Positions 38,462 through 46,161 of a stretch of DNA of 46,161 nucleotides are shown here, in pieces. The translations under genes and the position numbers were made by a program. Below the pieces are notes generated by a model, which did not search any database, had not been told where the DNA came from, and was given only the letters and a program-made list of their open reading frames with translations. The first letter of the stretch is position 1. Every line of letters begins with the position of its first letter. This DNA comes from Candidatus Latescibacterota bacterium (GTDB lineage Bacteria; Latescibacterota; UBA2968; UBA8231), in NCBI GenBank assembly GCA_036339235.1, contig JAYZCA010000101.1:1-46161 (forward strand), written 5' to 3'.

Positions 38462-40231
38462 ATGAACCGAGAACACCTCAAGGTTTCAGGCATCGCCGCG
38501 GCGCCAGGTATCGCTATCGGCAAAGCCTTCGCCCACAGGGCGGAACGGCCAGCCGTTTCCCTGCGGCGGGTACCGGACTATCGCATCGAGTCCGAGATCG
38601 AGCGCTTTCATACAGCCCTCTCTGAGGTGTGTGAAGATGTGCGGCGTACACGGCAGCGCGTCGAATACGAGCAGGGCGCCGATCTGGCGATGATCTTCGA
38701 CGCGCAACTGGCCATGCTCGACGATGTGCAGGTGAAGGACGGCACCGTCGCGAGCATCCGTTCCCGCAACTGGTCGGCAGAGCGCGCCTTCGCCGAGACG
38801 ATGACCCAATTGCGCCAGGGATTCGAGCAGATCGAGAACGAGTATCTGCGCGCCCGCGTCGGCGACCTCATAGACATCGAGCAGCAGGTCCTCGTGCAAT
38901 TGGCAGGCGGTGGTCTAGGGCTGCAGAACACGCGATCGAACACGGTCATCTTCGCCCGCGATCTGCTGCCCTCAGAGGCCGCCCAGCTGGGTCAGCGACT
39001 GGTGAAGGGGCTGGTCACCGACGGCGGTGGCGCCACCTCGCACACCAGCATCATCGCCCGCTCCCTCGGCCTGCCCACCGTGGTCGCAACCGAGACGGCG
39101 TCGCGTCTGGTGTCGACGGGGGACCGCGTCATCGTCGATGGAGACCAGGGCACCGTCCACATCCGCCCCGACGCGGCGACCCTGCGCTATTACCGCTCGC
39201 AGTTGCGACGCCAGTTGCGTCGCGAGCGCGAACTGAGCCTGCGCAGCGACCTGCCCTCCGTCACTCACGACGGCACCGAGGTCACCCTGCTGGCCAACAT
39301 CGATCTGCCGCAGGAGATCGAACAGGCCGTCGCCAACGGCGCCCACGGTGTCGGCATGGTGCGCACCGAGTTTCTCTACGTCGGGCACCGCCTGCCGTCG
39401 GAGACGGAACAGGTGGATGCCTACGCCCGGGTTGTGCGTGCCATGGCGCCTTTTCCCGTCGTCATTCGCACCTTCGACCTGGGGGGTGACAAGCTGACCC
39501 ACGCCGTGGACTCCCTGCCCGAGGCCAACCCTTTTCTCGGCTGGCGTGGTATCCGTATCTGCCTGGATACGCCGGAGTTGTTCAAGACGCAGCTGCGAGC
39601 CATCCTGCGCGCCGGCGCTCTCGGCGACGCGCGGATCCTGTTGCCGATGATCAGCGGCCTCGACGACGTCCGTCGCGCCCGCGAGATGATCGCACAGGTT
39701 CAAGGTGATCTGCAGCGGCAAGGAATCGAGCACCAGGCGGACTGCCAGGTGGGTGTCATGATCGAGGTGCCCTCCGCAGCCATCATCTCCGAGCAGCTGG
39801 CGCGGGAGGTCGACTTCTTCAGCCTGGGGACAAACGATCTCGTCCAGTACACCCTGGCTGTAGATCGCGGCAACACCCGGGTCTCCGGCCTCTATGATCC
39901 ATTACACCCGGCGGTGTTGCGTCTCATCCAGCAGGTCACAGACAACGGCGCTGCCGCGGGGATCCCCACCAGTATCTGCGGCGAGATGGCGGCCGATCCG
40001 GTGGCTGCCGTCATTCTGATGGGGTTGGGCGTACACCTGCTGAGTGTCAGTCCCGGCGAGATTCCGGAACTAAAGGAAGTGGTGCGCGCCGCCGACCTGG
40101 CCGCGGCGCGGGAGGTTGCGCGCCACAGCCTCGGACTGGCTTCGGGCAAAGAGGTCCGGGCCCATGTCGAGACGACCCTGAAGGATGTATTCCTGGCCGC
40201 CAAGCCCCCGCGTCCCCACGAGGCGCCATGA
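38462..40231 (+). CDS. ptsI: phosphoenolpyruvate--protein phosphotransferase (PTS enzyme I)
   Basis: GGGATSHTSIIARSLGLPTVV (active His), GVGMVRTEFL, FFSLGTNDLVQY and SICGEMAADP motifs. Length is 589 aa. Confidence 0.9.
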   Translation: MNREHLKVSGIAAAPGIAIGKAFAHRAERPAVSLRRVPDYRIESEIERFHTALSEVCEDVRRTRQRVEYEQGADLAMIFDAQLAMLDDVQVKDGTVASIRSRNWSAERAFAETMTQLRQGFEQIENEYLRARVGDLIDIEQQVLVQLAGGGLGLQNTRSNTVIFARDLLPSEAAQLGQRLVKGLVTDGGGATSHTSIIARSLGLPTVVATETASRLVSTGDRVIVDGDQGTVHIRPDAATLRYYRSQLRRQLRRERELSLRSDLPSVTHDGTEVTLLANIDLPQEIEQAVANGAHGVGMVRTEFLYVGHRLPSETEQVDAYARVVRAMAPFPVVIRTFDLGGDKLTHAVDSLPEANPFLGWRGIRICLDTPELFKTQLRAILRAGALGDARILLPMISGLDDVRRAREMIAQVQGDLQRQGIEHQADCQVGVMIEVPSAAIISEQLAREVDFFSLGTNDLVQYTLAVDRGNTRVSGLYDPLHPAVLRLIQQVTDNGAAAGIPTSICGEMAADPVAAVILMGLGVHLLSVSPGEIPELKEVVRAADLAAAREVARHSLGLASGKEVRAHVETTLKDVFLAAKPPRPHEAP

Positions 40232-41223
40232 GCGATACCAACCTCCCTTGGGCAGTCGTCCCCGTCGCCGGTTTCGGTGCCCGCCTGCGGCCGCACACGC
40301 ACACGCGGCCCAAGCCGCTGCTGCACGTCGCCGGCAAGCCGATCATCGGCCACATCCTCGACCAGCTGGTGCCGCTGGGTATCGAGCGCATCGTGCTCGT
40401 CGTCGGTTATCTGGGGGATCGCATCATCGACTACGTGAAGGACCGGGGGGACTTCCGCCAGGTCGAGTTCGTCGAGCAGAAAGAGATGCTCGGCCTGGGA
40501 CACGCCATCTGGCTTACCCGCGACATCGTCGGCGACGATCCTCAATTGATGGTCTACGGCGACACCATCTTCCGGGCCGATCTGACCGACGTGCTGAGCC
40601 GATCCGGAGACGGCTATATCGGTGTCCACCGCGTCGACGACCCGGGTCGGTTCGGCGTCGTCATACAGCAGGATGATCGCGTCACCGGGCTGGTGGAGAA
40701 GCCGGACACCTTTGTCTCCGACCTGGCCATCGTCGGTGTCAACTGCATACGCGACAGCCGGCGTCTCTATGCCTGCCTGGGGAGGCTCATCCGTGAGGAA
40801 CGGCGTACCAGAGACGAGTTCCAGGTGACCGATGCCTTCCAGGCCATGATCGACGAGGGCGCCGAACTGGGCACGTTTCCAGTGGAAGACTGGTTCGACT
40901 GCGGCACGCGCGAGGCCCTGCTGGTAACCAATCGGGTCCTGCTCGAGGGCCGGAGCGTCCCCGACGCCGGCGACGATGTCGTCATCGTGCCGCCCGCGCA
41001 TATCGACCCCACGGCAAGGGTCAGCCAGTCCGTCATCGGGCCACACGCCTCCATCGGGGCCGGCGCCCGGGTGCAGCAGTCCGTGGTCCGTAACAGTATT
41101 GTCGGGGAGGAAGCGGTGGTGGAGAGTATCGTGCTCGAGGATTCCATCATCGGATTCCAGGCAGTGGTCACAAGCCGCCCGAGTCATCTCAACGTGGGGG
41201 ACCTGTCGCAGATCACGAGTTGA
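40228..41223 (+). CDS. sugar-phosphate nucleotidyltransferase with C-terminal left-handed beta-helix
   Basis: [31 protein letters not shown] and EKP...LAIVGV, followed by hexapeptide-like repeats ([24 protein letters not shown]...). ATGA overlap with ptsI. Confidence 0.8.
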   Translation: MSDTNLPWAVVPVAGFGARLRPHTHTRPKPLLHVAGKPIIGHILDQLVPLGIERIVLVVGYLGDRIIDYVKDRGDFRQVEFVEQKEMLGLGHAIWLTRDIVGDDPQLMVYGDTIFRADLTDVLSRSGDGYIGVHRVDDPGRFGVVIQQDDRVTGLVEKPDTFVSDLAIVGVNCIRDSRRLYACLGRLIREERRTRDEFQVTDAFQAMIDEGAELGTFPVEDWFDCGTREALLVTNRVLLEGRSVPDAGDDVVIVPPAHIDPTARVSQSVIGPHASIGAGARVQQSVVRNSIVGEEAVVESIVLEDSIIGFQAVVTSRPSHLNVGDLSQITS

Positions 41224-41294
41224 GTCGCAGCCCAGACGTCCAGGGCGTACCGTTTGTGCGCCAATCCATGAACCACCAGAGGGAGGCACCACAG

Positions 41295-42455
41295 GTGAGT
41301 CACTACCTGTTCACATCCGAATCCGTTTCCGAGGGACATCCCGACAAGGTCGCCGATCAGATTTCCGACGCCATCCTCGACGCTATGCTCGCCGGGGACA
41401 AGAACTCGCGAGTCGCCTGCGAGACCATGGTGACAACGGGTCAGGTTATCGTCGCCGGCGAGATCACGTCGAAATCGCATGTCGATATCCAGAATACGGT
41501 GCGTAATGTCATAAAGGACATCGGCTACACGAACCCCGATTACGGGTTTGACTACCGGTCCTGCGGTATCGCGGTGATGCTCGACCAGCAATCCCCCGAC
41601 ATCTCTCAGGGAGTGACCGAAGCCGAGGGCCTGCACACCGAAATGGGTGCCGGCGACCAAGGCATGATGTTCGGCTACGCCTGCCGCGAGACGTCGTCGC
41701 TGATGCCCCTGCCCATCACGCTGTCACACAAGATCCTCCAGCACCTGGCGCGGGTGCGCAAGAAGGGCGCGATCAAGTATCTGCGCCCGGATGCCAAGTC
41801 GCAGGTGACGGTGGAGTACGTCGACGGCAGGCCGAGGTCGGTGGAGACGGTGGTTGTGTCGACGCAGCACGACCCCGACGCCAGCCACGCCCGCATCGAA
41901 CGGGATATGATCGCAGAGGTGAAGAAGGTGATCCCGAAGAAGCTGCTGACGAAGAACACGGAGTACCATATCAACCCCACAGGCCGGTTCGTCGTCGGGG
42001 GGCCGCAGGGCGACTGCGGGCTGACGGGGCGCAAGATCATCGTCGACACCTATGGCGGCTACTGCCCGCATGGTGGTGGTGCCTTCTCGGGCAAGGATCC
42101 CTCCAAGGTCGACCGCAGCGCACACTACATGGCCCGCTACGTGGCCAAGAACCTGGTGGCGGCCCGTCTCGCCGATCGTTGTCAGGTGCAGCTGGCCTAC
42201 GCCATCGGCGTGCCCGAGCCGGTTTCGGTGCTGGTGGATACCTACGGCACCGGGTCCCTGGCTGACGAGGCTCTGGCCGGACTCCTGGCCGAGGTCTTCG
42301 ACCTGACGCCGAAGGGGATCATCAAGAAGCTGAGACTGCTGCGCCCCATCTACCAGAAGACGACAAACTACGGCCACTTCGGCCGCAACGATGTCGATTT
42401 CACCTGGGAGAAGACGGACAAGATCCGGGCCCTGAAGCAGGTCGCAGGCAGCTGA
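41295..42455 (+). CDS. metK: S-adenosylmethionine synthase
   Basis: A gggagg RBS precedes GTG 41295. [44 protein letters not shown] and [16 protein letters not shown] motifs are present. Confidence 0.95.
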   Translation: MSHYLFTSESVSEGHPDKVADQISDAILDAMLAGDKNSRVACETMVTTGQVIVAGEITSKSHVDIQNTVRNVIKDIGYTNPDYGFDYRSCGIAVMLDQQSPDISQGVTEAEGLHTEMGAGDQGMMFGYACRETSSLMPLPITLSHKILQHLARVRKKGAIKYLRPDAKSQVTVEYVDGRPRSVETVVVSTQHDPDASHARIERDMIAEVKKVIPKKLLTKNTEYHINPTGRFVVGGPQGDCGLTGRKIIVDTYGGYCPHGGGAFSGKDPSKVDRSAHYMARYVAKNLVAARLADRCQVQLAYAIGVPEPVSVLVDTYGTGSLADEALAGLLAEVFDLTPKGIIKKLRLLRPIYQKTTNYGHFGRNDVDFTWEKTDKIRALKQVAGS

Positions 42456-42464
42456 CGATGAACG

Positions 42465-42487
42465 GGGGCCGGGTGACGCCCGGCCCC
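42465..42487 (+). terminator. GC-rich hairpin after metK (no clear U-tract)
   Basis: GGGGCCGGG-TGACG-CCCGGCCCC begins 10 nt after the metK stop. Confidence 0.4.
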
Positions 42488-42613
42488 TGATCAATACGGT
42501 TCCCAACCCCACTCCAATTGACCTATATTGCCAAGCGAACCGGGGACGGTTCGCCGTGTTCGTCGAAGACGGGCGCGGACTACTTCCAAATTCGCTAACA
42601 GGAGTTCTCCCAG

Positions 42614-44719
42614 ATGAAGCTGCTTTCGGGAGTCCGATACCGCCTACTTCGGCGGTACAGCGGTAACGCTCTGGCGGGCGCGCTGGCTACCGCCCTTGTG
42701 GTCGGGTGCTCGGTGGAGCCCCCTGCCGCGCCGAGCACGAACTTTATCATCTCCATACCGGTGGCCAACGACAGTACGAGGGTCTCTGAGCTGGTCGGTG
42801 ATCGTGACGACTTTCTCGAGATCGACGACGTCACGGGTGGCATGAAGCTGAAGGTTACGATGCCACTGCAGTCCGCCGCCGTCACCGCGCCCCAGATCAT
42901 AGGCAGTGCCGAGGTGGGCCAAAACCTGCGCGTCACACCTCAGTCCAACAGCTTCTCCACGGCCATCGGCGACCTGTCGATCCCCGGGCAGACGATCCCT
43001 GAGGTCGAGGTCCGCATGAGCACACTTCTGGGTCGCGAGATCCCCACAGGGACCATCATCCCGCTGCTGCCGGGGTCGAGCTTCGACCTCGAGGTATCTC
43101 TGCCGCTGGCCAATGTCACGTCCCTGGAGATCGCCACCGGCGGTATGACAATATCGGTGGACAACGGCTTCCCGGTGGACATCGTCGGCCTGTCCCTCAT
43201 CCTGCGGGACAACGGCGCCGGCGGGGCCATAATCGATCAGATCGACCTGGGGACGGTCGCCGCCAACGGCGGCAGCGCCGCCGGCCGGTTCTCTCTGGCG
43301 GGGCGCACAATCAGCGGTGATCTGGCCCTGGCCGTCGCCGGAGGCACCGCCGACGGGGAGGACCTGACCGTCGACGAGGATCCCAGCCTCATCATCAATT
43401 CCGAACTCGAGACGCTGCTGGTAACGGAGGCGACGGCGCTGATTCCGCAACAGGAATTCGAGGACAACCAGACCCTCGACTTCCCCGATGACCGGATCCA
43501 GGTCACGGAAGCCGTCATGAGTGAAGGAGGCATCACTCTGATAGTGACCAACAATATCCCCATCATCATGGAAGTGGAATTGTCTCTGCCAGATCTGCGG
43601 GATGCCAACGGCAACGCGCAGACCCTGTTGCTCGATTCGCTGATCGCCGGGCAACCCCGTGAGATCACATTCGACCTGACCAACAACACGTTCGCCCCAG
43701 CCAATCCGCTGCAGATGCGGATTGCCTACCGGGCCCGCACCTTCGCTTCGGATACGGAAGTCACGATCAGTTCCGGCGGCGAGATCGACATCCAGGCCCT
43801 GACCGAGCAGATGGTCTTCAGCCGTGTCCAGGGCCGCCTGAACGAGATCAGTCTCACCATCCCTTCTCAGGAGCGCGACGTCGAATTTCCCGAAGGTCTC
43901 GACAACATCAACATCGCCACGGCGAACCTGGCGGTGCACATCACCAGTGGCGTTGGTTTCCTGGCCGATCTGGACATCACTTTTACCGGGACCAATACCA
44001 AGGGCACCGAAACCCTGGTGGTGCTTCAGACCTTCCAGCGCGGCAATCCCGACAATCCCAGGAGCCAGGTCCTGACCGTCGGCGGAGACGACCTGACGCG
44101 GTTTCTCAACCATCTGCCTACCAATATCAAAGTTCACCCGGTGGTCATCATCGGGGACGGCCTGGAAGAGGAGCTCATCGAGGCGGATCACTTCGTCTCC
44201 GTCGACAGTGTCGTATTCCTCACAGAGCCGCGGCTGACGGTGCTGTCGGAGACGCGTGTCGATCCCGACCCTGAAGATATCAGCTTTCGCGACTCCGAGA
44301 CGCGTGGCAAAATCGAGAGCAATTTCGTCTCAGCCACTGTGCTTACTGAAATCGAAAGCAGTATCCCTATCGGCATCGGCGTGCGGCTGTATGTCGCTTC
44401 CGACCCGGATCTGGTCTATACCGACCCCGTCATCACGATCCCGGAACTTTCGCAGCCGCCGTTCCAGGTACCGGCGGCGCCGGTCGACGCAAACGGACTG
44501 TCGAGTGGCCCGATCACCGCGGACCGGGATCTGGTAATCGTCAAAGAAGAGGTGCTCAAATTCATTCTCGAGGACGATCCCACCAAGTCCTTGTTCTCCG
44601 GCGTGCGTGTGACGATGCCGGCGACGGGGGGAGAGGTCGAGGTGCGCGCTACGGACTTTATCAACGTCATCGCCGGTCTTCGGGTTGAGCTCGAGCTCAA
44701 CGAAGACCTGGTCAAATAG
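42614..44719 (+). CDS. hypothetical 701-aa lipoprotein, acidic and beta-rich
   Basis: An acaggag RBS is present and ...ALATALVVGCS is lipobox-like. The body is a long D/E/T/I/V-rich sequence with no motif I recognise. Confidence 0.65.
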   Translation: MKLLSGVRYRLLRRYSGNALAGALATALVVGCSVEPPAAPSTNFIISIPVANDSTRVSELVGDRDDFLEIDDVTGGMKLKVTMPLQSAAVTAPQIIGSAEVGQNLRVTPQSNSFSTAIGDLSIPGQTIPEVEVRMSTLLGREIPTGTIIPLLPGSSFDLEVSLPLANVTSLEIATGGMTISVDNGFPVDIVGLSLILRDNGAGGAIIDQIDLGTVAANGGSAAGRFSLAGRTISGDLALAVAGGTADGEDLTVDEDPSLIINSELETLLVTEATALIPQQEFEDNQTLDFPDDRIQVTEAVMSEGGITLIVTNNIPIIMEVELSLPDLRDANGNAQTLLLDSLIAGQPREITFDLTNNTFAPANPLQMRIAYRARTFASDTEVTISSGGEIDIQALTEQMVFSRVQGRLNEISLTIPSQERDVEFPEGLDNINIATANLAVHITSGVGFLADLDITFTGTNTKGTETLVVLQTFQRGNPDNPRSQVLTVGGDDLTRFLNHLPTNIKVHPVVIIGDGLEEELIEADHFVSVDSVVFLTEPRLTVLSETRVDPDPEDISFRDSETRGKIESNFVSATVLTEIESSIPIGIGVRLYVASDPDLVYTDPVITIPELSQPPFQVPAAPVDANGLSSGPITADRDLVIVKEEVLKFILEDDPTKSLFSGVRVTMPATGGEVEVRATDFINVIAGLRVELELNEDLVK

Positions 44720-44742
44720 GTGAGGAGAGGAGGAGAACTGAC

Positions 44743-46161
44743 ATGACAACACGAACGATCCGCTTCGCTCTCGCCGCCGGCATCGTGACCGGCATGTTGA
44801 CCACGCAACCCGCCCAGGCCATCGGTTATGGCGACACCCGGCCGCGAGCCATGGGGTTGGCAGGCACGTACACGGCCATGGCCCGGGGTGTGGAGTCCCT
44901 CTACTGGAACCCCGCCAATCTCGCTTTGAAGGACGGCCCGAAGGTCTCGATTCCGGGGCTTGGGGGGGGCAGCTTTGTCCTCGAAAACAACAGCTGGTCC
45001 GTTTCGACGTATAACGATTTCAACGGCAACTTCATCGACGACGGCATGAAGGATGACATGCTCGCCGACCTGGACAAGGAAGGGCTAAAGTTTGGTTCCG
45101 ATTTAGGTGTGTTCATTCCCCTGGTGGGCGGGGCCGCATTTCTTCTGCCCTGGGGACTGAGCAGCGCCATGGCCTTCGATTTCCGCGTAGGCGTCGAAGG
45201 GCAGGTGCCACGCGACATGATCGAATTCATGCTGCGCGGCAATCAATTCGAAAGCGAGCGCATCGAAGACGAGCGCAACCCGAACTACGACATCGCCGAA
45301 TGGGACGGCGAGAGCTGGGGCCTCGCCGTGTTCAGTTGGGGTTTCGCGAAACCCTGGATTCCGGCGCAGTTGGAGCCCTACGTGAGTCAGTTTGCCGTAG
45401 GCATCACCCTGAAGGGAATGGGAGGTGCCTTGGCCGAGGTGACCGACTCGGAAGGCGGTTTCATCACCCGTATCAGCGGTATGCAGATGAACGCGAGTGG
45501 CGTCACTCGTAGCGCGGGAGGTATCGGGTTCGGCCTGGACCTGGGCGCCGTGGGTGTCACCAAGGACGGCAGAACCACCGTGGGCCTGTCCCTGGTGAAT
45601 CTGCTCGACGTCATGAACTGGAGCATCGAGACGCGTCAGGACTCGGTCTTCGTCACCGCCGAAGGCGTCAGCGTAACCAGCTTTACCGGCGCTGACGGTT
45701 TTGACGAGATCTTCGACAATCCCCGCGAAGTGTTGGTCGATGGCCGGCTCGATACCGTGTTGGAGAACGAGGTCGCCGAGGCGATCTGGGACAGCGGCGT
45801 CCCCGTATTCCATACGGAGCGGGACATCGGCAGTTTCAGTCGGTCCCTTCCGGCCATGCTGCGCCTCGGCGTAGCCCACAAGCCGATTCCAAGGTTGACG
45901 GTGGCGGCCAACTACGACCAGGCCTTCAGTTCCGGCATGGGTATCGACAGCACGCCACGCATCTCCCTGGCCACCGAGTATCGCCTGGTGGACTGGTTCC
46001 CACTGCGTTTCGGGCTGTCCGGTGGAGGCCGTGCTGGACGGTCCTCGGCGATTGGGATCTCCTTTGGGCCCTTCACCATCAAGCGCTTCCAGATGGAGTT
46101 GATGGAGATATCGTTTCTCAACCGGGGGGGATTCTTCCCAGGCAGCTCACAGGGCTTTGGC
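44743..46161 (+). CDS. PorV/PorQ/FadL/TraF-like outer-membrane barrel protein (3' truncated by window edge)
   Basis: The ORF is open to the window end, so it is absent from the supplied track. RBS ggagaggaggag precedes ATG 44743. Signal peptide ends ...TTQPAQA, followed by TRPRAMGLAGTYTAMARGVESLYWNPANLA, which parallels the motif of the 14537 gene. Confidence 0.65.
   Translation, partial: MTTRTIRFALAAGIVTGMLTTQPAQAIGYGDTRPRAMGLAGTYTAMARGVESLYWNPANLALKDGPKVSIPGLGGGSFVLENNSWSVSTYNDFNGNFIDDGMKDDMLADLDKEGLKFGSDLGVFIPLVGGAAFLLPWGLSSAMAFDFRVGVEGQVPRDMIEFMLRGNQFESERIEDERNPNYDIAEWDGESWGLAVFSWGFAKPWIPAQLEPYVSQFAVGITLKGMGGALAEVTDSEGGFITRISGMQMNASGVTRSAGGIGFGLDLGAVGVTKDGRTTVGLSLVNLLDVMNWSIETRQDSVFVTAEGVSVTSFTGADGFDEIFDNPREVLVDGRLDTVLENEVAEAIWDSGVPVFHTERDIGSFSRSLPAMLRLGVAHKPIPRLTVAANYDQAFSSGMGIDSTPRISLATEYRLVDWFPLRFGLSGGGRAGRSSAIGISFGPFTIKRFQMELMEISFLNRGGFFPGSSQGFG

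Overview
GC-rich, densely coding bacterial chromosomal window of 46.2 kb. I saw no transposase, integrase, CRISPR array or rRNA. Most of it is a housekeeping backbone on the + strand: ruvB 3' end, tsaB, rimI, an orphan sugar-type ABC ATPase, holB, rsmA, ilvE, tadA, two tRNA-Ser, one tRNA-Ala, a long-form SRP RNA, dnaX, recR, pgsA, pgpA, recA, recX, alaS, ptsH, ptsI, a sugar nucleotidyltransferase and metK. Many neighbours share 1-4 nt stop/start overlaps. Three blocks are not housekeeping. (i) 7.8-16.6 kb is an outer-membrane module: a CarboxypepD_reg-type TonB-dependent receptor, a ~1170-aa secreted protein with a T9SS-like C-terminal sorting domain, a PorV/PorQ/FadL-like barrel and a TPR lipoprotein. 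(ii) 16.7-23.9 kb is a tightly overlapped eight-gene minus-strand operon. It holds four membrane proteins of unknown family, a GlmL/MutL-like ASKHA ATPase, a KOW-tailed partner and two small proteins. No B12 mutase or other recognisable pathway is present, and this is my best candidate for an undescribed system. (iii) 42.6-46.2 kb is a 701-aa lipoprotein followed by a second PorV/FadL-like barrel. Other notable items are an archaeal-type group II GGGP synthase (PcrB family) after alaS, a multiply disrupted CpsB-like PHP phosphatase pseudogene, and a carbamoyltransferase with an SxtJ-like membrane protein. The T9SS-like CTD, CarboxypepD_reg receptor, PorV-like barrels and GGGPS suggest an FCB-superphylum-like lineage, but that is inference only. 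All calls rest on reading the translations and on remembered family motifs; no searches were run.
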